The translations under genes and the position numbers were made by a program. The notes under the pieces are model-generated. The model saw only the letters and a program-made list of their open reading frames with translations, did no database searches and was not told where the DNA came from. Positions 49,543-62,977 of a DNA stretch of 63,880 nt are shown here, in pieces. The first letter of the stretch is position 1. The number at the start of each line of letters is the position of its first letter. Source of the DNA: Podarcis filfolensis (Eukaryota); assembly GCA_964270895.1 (NCBI GenBank), contig OZ185439.1; one strand, written 5' to 3'.

Positions 49543-51974
49543 ATAAGAAACCCTCTTGTGTACTATATATGCAGCAACTACTCATGATTTATAATACCCA
49601 ATTTGGGGAGGGGGGAACACACACACAACTAAACCTGATTTAAATCACAGATTACTCTGTAAAACACAAGCAAGGAACTATTCCAAATCCTAAATGTAAT
49701 TTAAACATATTTATATTTTACAGTGATGTATTTTCCCCTTTCCTTGTCTTACAACTGTAAACTTTATGTAATTATATAAGCAATTTCCCTGAGGTCACAA
49801 CATTGATCACAGTAATATATGGTTCAACTATTACAAAACAACAGCTAGCTATAAAATATCACTGGACATCACTACAGAGTATATGCAATAAATGCAAGAC
49901 TGGGGTGCACAAACACATACATTCCCAACAAGGCACTTTAAGTAGTATACATGATTCTTTTCCTACCTCAAAGCACCCCGATCCATGATGAAGATTAGAT
50001 ATTAATATCAGGGAAGGGAGAAAAGAGTAGAATAATAAGAGGATCATGGTAAATGGTAATGGGGATACCAGAAAGTTTACCAAAAAACATTTATCTGCTT
50101 TAATCAGTATTATTTCAATGCAACCACACCAAACCAAGTAAATTGGCCACTGAATCAGTAAATTCCATAGCAGGGCAGTACTTTTATTAAGCCAAGCAAA
50201 AGTGTCCACCAAATGGAGCAAGCTTTAGAGTTCATCAGGTGGGGTGTTGAGCAAGGTGGGGAGAAGGGAGGCCATTCTAGATTGCTGAAGAAGATTGTCA
50301 AGTCTTACATACTGCAAACCAATGTAATTTATGAGCCCTGATAACATTTTGGCACCCTGTGCAACTTGACTGATATTCCAGCTGCCTGGATCACCTTCAC
50401 TCCTCCAACTCTACCATTCCCGAGCACCAAACAATTTTCAGCACAAACCTAATCATGAAATAGTATGGCTTGAAGCAAATATGGCCTGAAGCAAGCAGGC
50501 AGAGGCAGCCCTTCTCCCTCTTTTCATGTACACTTTCTCCTCCTTGAGGAGGCTGGTCCCTTCCAATGCTTCTTTGTGCCTGGGCAGGGAGGTGGGATTT
50601 ATTTAAATAGAAAGTCAGCTGACACTCACGTCAGACCAAGGGCATGGGGGGGGGGGCTACCAAGGTGATTGCCCCAGGTGCACTGGGGGGGGGGCACTGC
50701 TCACGCTGCCACCCCCAAGCCAGCCCTATGCTGCTTTGTGAGGCTGGGATCTAATGAGCCCAAGGCATTATTAAAGCACGCTCCACCGCTGCTTCCAACC
50801 AAAGGGGCAGCACTAGTGTGCCTGCAGTGGCTCCCTTGACTGGCCACTGCAATTGGTTCAATTGCGGAGGCAGAGGGGAAACCTTGTTTTGTGTGCCTTC
50901 CCACCCTTTGCTCTGACTGTTGGTTTGTTTGTTTCAAGCTGGGGCGTCTATTTCCATTTCCATTGCTTTCTGGCCATTTACTTTGTTATTTTCTATCTGC
51001 TACATGATCCTGTTTTTCACCCCATTTCCTCTTCCTTTTGTATTTTCTCCTCAACTTCCTCTCCTTTTCTCTTCCTCTCCACTTTCCACTGTAATTTCTG
51101 CCAGTCTTTCTCCTCATTTTCATTTTTCTTCATAAGTCCACTATTAAAGGGTGTGGTGGTGGTGTGTGTGTGTGTTGGGGAGTGATATACAAAATAATTA
51201 TATGTAAGTCTCATTTCAGGTTCCATTGGGTGGAATAGAACTTAAGCCTCATTAAGTAGGCATAAGATTGAAGCCTTAGAGATGGAAGGGCACAGTAGCA
51301 GATGAAGGCAAGCAACAAACTAGCAGGGTGACTGGTGTAACAAGATATTTTTAACAAGCACGTGAAGGAGAGACACACCTACACCCACAATCCCCATGAA
51401 GTACACAGGGCCAAAAAATCCAGTTGGCAACCCTGTGGCAGAGTGTATGGCATTGTGAGTGTGTGTATTTCACTTCACTGGATCAGAAAAACAAATGTGG
51501 TTACAAGGCAGAGTGTAGGAAAACACACAGCCTGCCCTTACTGCTTTGACAAATACAAACTGCATTTTAAGTATCCGCTGCTGTAAATCTATCAGTCATA
51601 AAATCTCCTTTAAAGGAGCATTGCTTTTAGATGTATGTCTGAGGTTGCAAGTCTATGCACACTTACTTGGAAATAACTCCAGTTGGACTTAGTGAGCTGT
51701 CCAAATAAACATGCAAAGAATCATGCTCCAAGTTTGTTAGGTGTACTACAGCTAAAAATGTAGTTATTAAAATGATGTTTGAAAGTGCAGGCATAATCGC
51801 TGGACAAACAACCAAAGTTGCAGGTGGCTCTCTGCTGATTCTACACCCTGTTGAACATTAGTTCTAGAATACTTCTAGGTATCAACATATCAACATCAAG
51901 CTACATATCAACATTTGCCTGCCTCCAATTCCACAACAGTTTTCCTATTATCCATGGATTTTCAAAAATTACAG

Positions 51975-52100
51975 ACAGTGAATTGCATTAAACTAACTCC
52001 TATTCAGAGCACACCCAGTGAAGTTAATGAACCTAAGTTAGTCATGTTTATTAACTTCAGTGGATCTATTCTGGGTAGGACTGATACTGAATACCACCCA
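51975..52100. mobile_element. Old hairpin (MITE-like) repeat
   Basis: Arms cccagtgaagttaatgaac / gtttattaacttcagtgga and actcctattcaga / tctgggtaggact. Same family as 26065-26192. Confidence 0.7.
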
Positions 52101-52567
52101 ACCTGGGGCTCAGATTACAATGGGAAGGTCCTTTAGTGCCTTAAGACACAGTTTGTGGGATTCATTTAGAGTGGCCGGGGCCACCTCTTCATCTATTGTG
52201 GGCTGCAACTAACTTCCTCCATAATTTGATCTATTTTTTCCCATGCCAAGCACTTTCCCTTGGTATAAAATTAATTGTTTCTCAAGAGGACAATTTGCTA
52301 AAAGACAATTATAAAACTTAAAAATTTGTCTGTATATATCCTTTAGAGGATGGTCTGTTTGCATAAAGGGATGGATTATTTTCTGGAACTTTCCTGATCG
52401 CACAACTCCACAATGTTCAAGCTGAGATGTGGGAGAATTATCTATCCTTAGAGTAGGTTAACTACTGAATCTCTGTGTACACTGATGTTTTGAGTAGCAC
52501 TAGCCCCAAACAAAAATTTCAGAGATTTGGGGAGAGAGATACATTGGGGGGGGGGGGGTTGAAAAAT

Positions 52568-52611
<44 letters not shown>

Positions 52612-52621
52612 TGTGTGTGTT
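52568..52621. repeat. Compound (CT)n(GT)n microsatellite following a G run
   Basis: Direct reading. Confidence 0.95.
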
Positions 52622-53521
52622 TTAATAGCTTGAAACTACCAGGAGCTACTGTTGATGGTAAGCCAGGCCTATATGTTCTCCCAGAATGCAGCATTAGAAT
52701 GACAATGTTTCATGATGTAGCATCTTTCCAGCATTGCATCAGAGTGTCCTTGTGCATTCTTACCTTCTCTCTTTAGTTGAGGTCATTTCCCATATACGGG
52801 CAGAGGGCAAGATAGATCAGTGCTGCACTGAGTGGCGGATGTATAAAAAACACCCCAAGTTTCCCTTTCCCGGGAAGCAGAAAATTTAATGAAGCAGGGT
52901 TGGGGAAAGAAAATTAACAGCACCAAGATGCCACAACACTCTTCTTTTCTTATTAGACATTATTAATGAGGAAGAGGCAACATGGGTCTCGTCTTTTCAG
53001 TGGCAACACTGAAATGTCTGCTTTCAGCCTCAGTGTCAGGGAGAAAAAGGAATGGGCAGGATGAGGTTGACAAGTGAACATCACAAGGCACACATATTAC
53101 ATCAGTATTCCAGAAACAGGTAAAGTAGCTATTTTGATGGCACTGACCTATTTTATAGCCACCCTAATAGCCACCCTACTGTCAAGTTTACTCAAAATTT
53201 CAATTAAAAATAAAGCATCTTAGAAGATGGACATTATAAAATTTACATCATTTTCCTACTCAGCCCTCTCCAGTTTGAGCCTAGTAATTTATATGAGCTG
53301 CATGTTAGGTGTTAATAGAATTACACATATGATATAGTGGATGTTCTTATACAATCTGAACTATAATAAATTTTATAAATTCTGATTGCCGGTTACTCAA
53401 GCCATCAAAGCTCTGCCAACAATAGCCAGCAGAGGTCTATTACTGAAGTGGCATTAATATAGAAATCATCACCAATTCTAAGCAGATAATAAAGGACTGA
53501 CATATTTATTATCATTATTAA

Positions 53522-53701
53522 NNNNNNNNNNNNNNNNNNNNNNNNNNNNNNNNNNNNNNNNNNNNNNNNNNNNNNNNNNNNNNNNNNNNNNNNNNNNNNN
53601 NNNNNNNNNNNNNNNNNNNNNNNNNNNNNNNNNNNNNNNNNNNNNNNNNNNNNNNNNNNNNNNNNNNNNNNNNNNNNNNNNNNNNNNNNNNNNNNNNNNN
53701 N
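53522..53701. other. N-run (180 bp)
   Basis: Direct reading. Confidence 1.
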
Positions 53702-56700
53702 CTCATTTAATTATGCTCAGACATAAAGCTTATGGAACAAGAGTTGAAATAGCTGATTAGTTAGGAAGTCACAGTAAGGCTGTAACACGAGGGATAGACA
53801 ATGAGATAATAACGTTGAACATCTCGAGCTTTTGCTCAGGAATTTTCCTGGCAGATCCTATTAAAAAGAACAATGAAATGTGTAGGAGAAAATGTGTTAT
53901 TTTAAAAAAATACAGAAGTTAAGGAGTCTTTTTTAAAAATGAAGGGGGGGGAGAACCATTAGCTGTCATTAGTATAAATAGGAAAAAGTTATGTTATTTA
54001 ACCTAACATTTTTCTAATTGCACAATTATGCTAGGTGCCTGTGTCAGGATGGGGAGGTGGTGATGAGGTAGGGGGTTTAACTCATTGTCATAAGTGACAA
54101 AATCTAGTTTGTCAAGACTAGATATTTGAATAGAATGACTAGGTATTTGAATAGCATGAATGACTGACACAGACTGACAATTAGCAACAACTGGCCTGAG
54201 ATAGGGTTTTGGCCTGATGGTATTGGAGGTGACATTTTGACAGGCTCTATGCCCATGGTAAGGTCAGTCAAGAGAATGCCTTGGCTAACCGAATCAAGCC
54301 ATTGGCAACCAAACAACCAAACTTAGAGTTTCAAGCCAAGCCCTTCAGCATTATGGAGAACTAACAGATCTGAAGAGACTGTAATTTCCACTATGAGAGA
54401 TTAGAATAGAGAAGGCGCATTAGGGAGGAAATGTGTGAGATTATTAATGAATGTAATCTAAAGTTAGCTGCCAATTGTGGTGCTGATCAGGAGAAAAAGG
54501 AATAGTTACATTTCTACTATTCCAGCTAAGACTGTTCTTCAGACACTTCTCATTTTTGGAGATTGCATGGCATTTCTGACCTTTGATCTCCAAAAGTAAA
54601 ATCATTAAATCTGTCGTGCTCATGGATATGTCTTCCTTCTTTTCCAAAGAATAGTATTTACGTAACTATCAAATAAATCTACACAACATACCGGTTTAAG
54701 GTTTATAGTTTTTCTTACTGAAATGCACTGGTCAAGGCAAAAGATCCAGTATGTTCTGGTTTATGTCATGTGAGAAATTCACTTTGAAAAGGCCCTAACA
54801 TCTATATGAAGACACTGTCATATACATCAAGGATCTCTGAAAACTCGGTAGCAAAATATAGTCGAGATGAAGGAACTACAAAATTATGCCTAGTCCAGCT
54901 GTTTCCTCCCCACATAATTAAGTTATTATTTATTACATTTGCATACCGCTCTATACCCGCAAGTCTCGGGCTGGTCCACAGGACCATCTCTAGGATGGTT
55001 TGGGTGCAGCTAGAGCTACTGCAATATTCCAACACTCCACATGGAACCTAAGCTTGGTTTAGGGGTTATGCATGTTTCCTTTTGTTTATACATTGCCTCT
55101 GCACAGTGTTAGAAATAAGTGATTCAGCATTAAAAATACGGGATCCAGTAAAGTGTGCAGAGACAGGCAGCTTTCCTCAGCCTGAGGAGATCCTGCATGA
55201 CAGTTGGGCCACAATGGTCACTGCTGGAAAACGAAACGGAAACATTTTATTTCTTGCAAGCATACCAAATATGGCCACATTGTTTCTCCAGTAGAGATTC
55301 ACAAGATTTATTCACATGTCCCTTTTAAAATTATTAGACATTCATGCACAAAAGTGTCTTCAACCTATATTGCTGCCCAAAGGAAGATATGGCCTTACAT
55401 CTAAGAATGTCTGAAATGTGAAGTAGTGCTTGCGTATGTGTGCTATAAACATGAATATCTATGATGATATTTAATGCAAAGGTAAAAATTCAAATATAGC
55501 AGGTGCCATCTTTTGGAAGCTTAGAAGGATACTGGTTTCAGTGTTTTAGAACGTTAAAAATGGCACACCAGTAAAGAAAAGTCTTAACATAGCTAAAGGC
55601 TACTTACTGCACACACATGCCTTCAATATACTGGAAGGCTATCCACTAAAGAGAGAAAGAGAGAGACAGAGCAACACAGAGACACAGAAATGTGGCAATC
55701 TTAATTAGGTTTCAATCTTGAGTTGTATACATAAGCAGTTTCTAACACTGCACACTCCATTTTAGCATCTGACTTTGACTAGATTGTTATTAGCAGTGCT
55801 TTAGTAAGGAAGGAGCAATATGATTCTTCTCTGACAAGAAATACCAGCATAATTTATTGCATTATTACTCCCCTGAACTGAAAGCAATTAATTACCTCCA
55901 GCAGGATGCACAAGTGAAAATTCATCAGAGGAAAGTGATGAAAAATGTACCCACCACTTTAAAATAATAGGTGCTTAATAGCTTTTTTTGTTTGCTAGCT
56001 AATCTAGAGCATCTTATAAATGCCTCAGGATTGGTTATCTGCTGCAAAGCCAGATTTTCCCTTCTTCATATTACTCTATCATCTATAATCTTTTTGTAGG
56101 ACAGGAAGAAAAATCTGCAACCTTCAACAACAGCAAAAACAAGAACACTTCATAAAATTAAACCTTTTTTTGCTATTATAATATCCACACACACAACACC
56201 CTTGTATGTATGTCTTTAAACCTATGTATATATTTATTGCCCTTGTTTGCATGTAACTTTAACCCAAAACATAGCTTAGAACTAACAAGCTAACACTGAC
56301 TTCTGTAAAGATTGTGATCCACTTTGTTCCTCCCTGGTCATTTTATAGTTGTACTACGCTAAGTTTTGGTAAGGCTTAATGCATTTTCAAAACTTGGGCT
56401 CATGGTTTAACTCTCTCAGACAAACCATAAGCTGTAAACCATAGGGCAAAACCTGCTTACAGCTCATGGTTTGCTTACAGAGATCTAAAGCACATTTTAT
56501 AACAGAGACAGCTTTTAAATTCATAAGCAGCCTGGGGGAAGTTACAGTACAGGCTCCCACCATCTTTCAGTAGAAACCAGATCTGTAATGAGATTGTGGA
56601 CTTATCTGCATATCTGTACTAAACTACACCCTTTTTCAGGTGTTACTTTCAAGTGTTAAGTGGACAAAATAGGGAGCAGCAAGGGATGAGCATGTTAACT

Positions 56701-57729
56701 CTGCCTCCTTCTCTTGCTACTTTAGTTGCCTTCCAACTGGTAGAAGGCAACTGTATCAGCAGGGACCCTTTTGTATCTGAAGAGGCGCCCCATGCTTTTT
56801 AGGACACTGGGGAAAAGTCACCTGTCCTTAAAAAAGGTGGAATGGTAATTCTCATGGAGTTTTAGAGGTTTTAAATTTACTCCCACCTCTTTAGCTACAA
56901 CAACTTCAAATATATCTCTGCACCCACATAGTCACTGCACATGTAATAGTAAGCACCTGAAAACTATGGTTTGCAAAACTGGAGGCCAGCTTTCAGAGTT
57001 CATGTTCTGCTCCCCTCTGCTTCTGTTTCCAGCATTACCCATTGCTTCACATTTTAAGTTCACCAGTGTTAAACACTGGTTTCCAAACTCACTTCAACCT
57101 GTAGTTTCAGCCTCTGGTTTGTGAGGAAAATATGGATTGTGTTCCTGTACATGTAATAGCAAATCATGGTTAATGCCAAGTAGGGAGAAAGACATTGTTC
57201 TAGAGAGGTCAGAAGACTTGTTCCAAAGACTGGCTCCCAATTTACAAACCATGGTTTGGAGGAACTAGTGTTGGAATCAACCCCAGGCCTTTTTGCATTT
57301 GTAAATGAAAGCTTCTACTCTGGTTTTGCATTCAGTGCAAATGTGTGTTAACTCCATCACTTGCTCCATAAAGTCCACATCAGGTTAGACTTTATAACGC
57401 AATGTTCCCCTCAAAGCACTGCAAACATCTTCCTGATAGGGACAAAGGAAGAATGTTTCTATAATTCATAAAAATGTGACTGTGATGAAAAGATAAAAAA
57501 TAGGGAAACTCATTGCATTTATTTTCTTCTTTTCACAATTATTCACATCGATATGATTCCGTAATTGTTTTTTCTATAAAGTTATTGGAGTAATTTTGTT
57601 CTATATATTCCTGATCAATTCCTCCTCTCAAGGGCACAGTTGAAAAGTGATATTTGAAAATGGCCCCTGATAGACTGCATGGTTAGTCAGCAGCAGAGAC
57701 AAACAACCTAATCCAGCGCAAATTAGTTC

Positions 57730-57861
57730 NNNNNNNNNNNNNNNNNNNNNNNNNNNNNNNNNNNNNNNNNNNNNNNNNNNNNNNNNNNNNNNNNNNNNNN
57801 NNNNNNNNNNNNNNNNNNNNNNNNNNNNNNNNNNNNNNNNNNNNNNNNNNNNNNNNNNNNN
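57730..57861. other. N-run (132 bp)
   Basis: Direct reading. Confidence 1.
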
Positions 57862-58703
57862 ATTTGCAAATCTGCTTTTTCAGCATTCTGTTAGCCACAA
57901 ACAAACAGCACAGTATAATTGCTTCCTTTTTCTGCAATGGTATTTCTCTCATATAATACCATTTCTCTAGACTCTTTTTTAAAAAAACCCAACAACAACA
58001 ACACAAGCAGAAGCTTTTAAAAATAATGCCAGCCAGAACTGCCACAGTCACTTATTTTTAACATTTGCAATACTGCAACACACAAGGCCTGGTTACAATT
58101 GCAGCCAGCTATACCGACAATTTACAGACCTATTATAGATGGCATCTAGTGACTTTCCACAAATGAAAGGGGAGAAACTGACAAATATCTATTATAAAGT
58201 AAATTAACACACATTAAGACAAAGGTATGGCTCAAACACACTTTATCTATGTTTTATTGTGCAAGCTTAATTATTAGTTACGTTCATATCCCGCCTTTCC
58301 CTTCAAGGAATTCAAGAGCCCCTTATTAGTTCAGAAACAGCATACGGTTGTTATTCTACCTGCCTGCTTAATTGTATGCAAGATACATCTACATCTAACA
58401 CTGGTATGAAAATAATAATGCATTATAACTGTAATTATACTCAATGTTAGCCAAATAAATAAATTACAATTACCCTTTAAAGTTGCTAGTCACACTATTT
58501 GCTTTAAAATTAATTGCAGGTGCTCCTGAGTGCTTTATTATAGTCCCAAAGTTGTATATTTGAAAGAACAGTACAGATGATTCCTGTTTATTTGTTAAAT
58601 TAAAGCTTTGTTGATAAAATTACAGTTTAATTAATATTATGGGTACTGTATAGCAAAACAGCTTACCTTGTGCATAATTTATTTCCACACGCATATCTCA
58701 GTG

Positions 58704-58845
58704 NNNNNNNNNNNNNNNNNNNNNNNNNNNNNNNNNNNNNNNNNNNNNNNNNNNNNNNNNNNNNNNNNNNNNNNNNNNNNNNNNNNNNNNNNNNNNNNNN
58801 NNNNNNNNNNNNNNNNNNNNNNNNNNNNNNNNNNNNNNNNNNNNN
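58704..58845. other. N-run (142 bp)
   Basis: Direct reading. Confidence 1.
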
Positions 58846-61218
58846 GAGTAGGCAATAATTTCACTTGCTAAGCATATTAAATTTAGCAAACCATCAGTCA
58901 AAAGAGTTGTTGTTCTTCAGAATTCTTAAGCAGTGAGCGAATGAGTTTGGAATCATGTTACTTTGGTATAAATGTCACATATAGTTTAAGAGTGTGTGTG
59001 TGACTCCCCAAGCAAACCCAATGCCATATATCTTTATTAGTTTCATTGGTCAGTGCAGTGACCAGTTGTTTATACTCATTACTCAAGACAAGGTGAACCA
59101 TTTGGCACAGACTGCATTCCCAGCTAAAAATGTATGACTTTGCAGAAAATAAAAATCATAGGCAAGGCTACCAAAGAGAGAAAGGAAGTGGTATCTAATA
59201 CACCACTGGAAGGACTTTCAATAAATGTCCCTAGTTTTTTCCACATGCATCAAGCCTTCATCAGCTTTGTTTTCCCCCTCCACGCTTCTCCAAGACATTA
59301 AGAAGGATAGGAATAAAGTACATAGCATGTCCATCATCCATCAAATTTCAGCTTCAGTCACCCTTTTATTTGAGACAATTTTAATTCTGGGTAGTACTAC
59401 AGTTCAAGACACTTTTCTTTCCAATGAATACATCAAATCACAAAAACTGAGAATGAAATTTGACTATGTTTTCTCCAGTTCAGTATCGCTAATATTAAAA
59501 TTTCAAATGCTAAAACCTGGAATTCAAAATTGCAACATATTGGATGATTTTAATTTGCGCAAATTATTTAAGAGATAATTTAGCAGCTGTATTTGCTACT
59601 GAGGGTGGGTGGTGGGTTGAGTTAGACATGAAGAGGGCCCATAACACCAGAAACTCCTGACTTCTCCCCTCCTCCTCAGGTAACAAAGTCGGTACCTTAG
59701 CAAAAGGCAGGAGTCAAAGGGTGAGAACTAAATGGTTCTTTAGTTCTTAAACTGTAGTTTGCGGCCTGAACAAGCTGGGTGTCTAAGGATATATTTTCCA
59801 TTTCTACCACAGTTGGAGACCAACCAGCAAGCACATAGGACATCAGCTGACATCAGGATGGATCATTATCAAAGGCTGCTTTGGGTCATTCTGTTGGTGT
59901 GGCATAACAGCAAGGGCCACATCCTTTTTATCTGAACTTTCGGAGGGCTGTACTTGCCTAGAAACCATGGAATAGGGTACTGGACTCTATTCTAAGTATT
60001 CCTGTTAAATATTATTAGCTGAAAAATGGATTACTTGCTTGCTGAATAGGTAGAATGGGAAGTGAGAGCACCATAAATTCTTCTAGTTGGGAGTCAGCTT
60101 TTGTAAAAATAAAAATATAAGCAGGCATTTCTCTTTATTCCCAAACCCAAAATGTGCAGCATGTATGGTTGGTGAGAACACCTTTCCCCTCCAGCTTGGG
60201 AAGACTTTTCTCTGGACCTCCTTTGTTGTGATTGCTTGCTGATTGGTTTTGGGGGTTTTATTGTATTATATTTTGTTTTCCTATGTTGCTTGCTGTTTTG
60301 GGAGCCTTTGGACCAGAAAACATTATATAATATAAATAGTAGTAAATGGCACCGATGGTGGTGGCAGCGGTGGTGGTGATAGCTACAAGAACCACAATGC
60401 ATCATTTCCCCTTCAACCACCCATAGAGACTAACATTCCTTGCAAACACTCAATCCAAGTGGAAACCAAGATGCAGAAACAAAATCATTGCTAATTCTCT
60501 AGTTAATCCATTATTATTGAGTATGGAATAGTTAATGGCAATCACTCAACACAGATTACTGCAACCTTGTAAATAGGTTAACAGAAGTCACTAGCTCACA
60601 TTAACTTTTACTAGTCTCCCGTACACAGGTGCTTGTGTTACAGCCTCACCCTGTGGTCCTGTTATGCTGTTGGCTGCTCTGTCACAGGTGCAAGCCAATG
60701 CTTGACCAGCAGAAACAACAAATGCCTAAGAGTCTGGAAAAGCATGCAGTAATGTAGTAACATATACATCAACTCTCATGACACCCATGGAAGCTCTACT
60801 GCCATCTAGCAAACATGATATTTCACTCACAACAGCACAGCACTCATGTAGGAAAGGCCTCAATTGGTATGTGGCAACAGCAAAACATAACCACCCTACT
60901 CCAAGGCAGGGAGTTGAATCCTTCTTGCAAGTAAATATGAACAAACCAGGGCCACACAGAAAGGCTACCATAATACCACAACAGTTACCACAGTCAGTCA
61001 ACGCCAGTCTTGTCTGGTGGTTGGGAGGAGGTTTGCACATAGAATCTATATCCCAAGTTTCACCCCACCCCTCCAAGGAGGCAACTTGAGTCTTGGTGGG
61101 GTATCAATGTTTCTACAGTCACAACGTTGGGAACATGTTTGCATTGGTTTTTGTTTTACAAAAAACAAATGCTTTGCAACAGCAAGGGATGAGGGTCACT
61201 TTGCAGCCATTCATGTTA

Positions 61219-61443
61219 CAGTGGTACCTCGGGTTAAGAACTTAATTCGTTCTGGAGGTCCATTCTTAACCTGAAACTGTTCTTACCTGAGGTACCACTT
61301 TAGCTAATGGGGCCTCCTGCTTCTGCCGCGCCACCATCGTGCGATTTCTGTTCTCATCCTGAAGCAAAGTTCTTAACCTAAGGTACTATATCCGGGTTAG
61401 CAGAGTCTGTAACCTGAAGCGTCTATAACCTGAGGTACCACTG
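61219..61443. mobile_element. Complete Tc1/mariner (Tigger/pogo-type) MITE, 225 bp
   Basis: TIR cagtggtacctc / gaggtaccactg with TA TSD at 61217-61218 and 61444-61445. Internal copies of 'aacctgaggtaccac'. Confidence 0.95.
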
Positions 61444-62458
61444 TATCTGCATTCCTTATGGTGCTTGGAAGAAGGGGCTCATGGATGCTTTGAGACTGTT
61501 TTCTGAAGCAAGGCCTCTCAACCTCTTGTCACCCACTCTTTGCTTTGACACTCTCTTGGGTGTCATGTTCTTGAAGCCTCAGTCTCAGCAGTGGAGTTAG
61601 CACTTCTCATGGGTGTTTGTGCCTGCAGTCTTGAGGCAGGGTACCCGCAAAGCTTATGATGTTTATCTACACTTTGCTTCTTATCTACACTTTGCTTATT
61701 CTCCCTAGCACCCGGACGTTTGCGTCTTATTTATTTATTTAACAAACTTTATGTACATTATTTTCAGAAAACACCGAGAAAGAATGGAGCTGAGCAGGCA
61801 CTTTTGTTGCTCATTCTATAGTATTTACTTTGAAGGGTTTGTGCCTTCCCCCACAAAAATTGCAGTGCCGGGTGGGTTGGGCTAGGATGTCTTTTAATTT
61901 TAGAGGGAGGAATTCAGCATCAGACTCTTCTAATCTTTCTGTCATTTCAAGCATTTCTGCTTGTCAGACAAAAGGGTTCTCCCTTCACACACTGTTCCTG
62001 GGTTTTTCCTGACCCTCCAGAAGGGATTTGGAGGAGGCATGGAGGGTGTGCTTCTGCTAACATGCCAGATTAGCTGAATCTAGGCCAGAGAATCATATTT
62101 AAGACTCCTACAACATGGAAGACTAAACTCATCCCCATCCACCAATATTATTGTTTCATTAAAACCCAAGCAATGTTTGATTGAAGGAGTTTTTCATTTT
62201 CACCCCAGAATTAGGAGATTCAGACACACACAAGTGCCACACAGTCACCTGGCAATAGTTATTTCCTTTACCATATACCACAGAACCACGCCACTTAGGG
62301 TGTGGACACACTGTGTGATTATGTGCATTCAGTGCTGGATGTAGGCACACTTTTGGGCGTGCAGTTCACATGATGTCATTCCCATGTCATCTCTGTCTAA
62401 AGCACATTCTGCAGAAATGGTTTTAATCTGTTTTGTATTGAGAATGCACTTCTCCTAG

Positions 62459-62600
62459 AGAGTTCAGTTGGTTAGAGCATGGTGCTAATAATACCAAGGT
62501 TGCAACTTTGATCCCCATATGGAACAACTGCATATTCCTGCATTGCAGAGGGCTGAACTATATGATTCTCAGGGTCCCTTCCAACTCTACAATTCTATGT
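62459..62600 (+). mobile_element. POM/Squam1-like tRNA-derived SINE with CR1-type tail
   Basis: Head 'agttcagttggttagagcatggtgctaataataccaaggttgca...gatcccc' and tail 'ggtcccttccaactctacaattctatg'. Confidence 0.9.
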
Positions 62601-62826
62601 TTCTCAAGTGCTTGCTGCCATCAGCTGTGCACAGATAATGTTTTATTAGATCACCTCCTATTAGGGCAGACCTAGGGTTGTGCTACTCCCCTCTCCTTCC
62701 AGACTTCTGGTATACTGAAAAACACACCAGAAAATATTTCAAAGTGAGGAAAGAATTTTGTGTACACAGGCGCAGCGAGGTGTTACATCGTAAGACTAAC
62801 TGAAGGGAGGGGAGCAGAGACCATTG

Positions 62827-62904
62827 ATGCATTCTACTTTGCCAACAGCCTGGACAGACAGCATGGACAGCTACTCATGCTTTAGACAACAACATCGGAC
62901 AAAG
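62827..62904 (+). CDS. Candidate short first coding exon, MHSTLPTAWTDSMDSYSCFRQQHRTK (unverified)
   Basis: In-frame TAA upstream (62797), ATG at 62827 and a second in-frame ATG at 62863 in strong Kozak context (agcATGg). The frame is open to a phase-0 donor AAG|GTATGT at 62905. I do not recognise the peptide. Confidence 0.25.
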
Positions 62905-62977
62905 GTATGTACAATTGCAATGCACTGTGTACAAAAGCAGTCGGCAAAAAAATGAACCCTGTGCATTTCAAACCCTA

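Noticed and set aside
50590-50870. TATTTAAA + CAGCTG + CRE-like motif followed by G runs, as a promoter or G-quadruplex
   Set aside because: The GC-rich part resembles a degenerate squamate DNA-transposon relic and the motifs are short. I cannot support a function.
8761-57861. All N-runs as precisely masked exons of one gene
   Set aside because: Splice-like edges fall on different strands (minus for 33415 and 49411, plus for 58704, both for 8761) with inconsistent offsets.
62459-62530. tRNA gene
   Set aside because: Decayed B box and a direct run into a CR1-type tail, so it is a SINE head.
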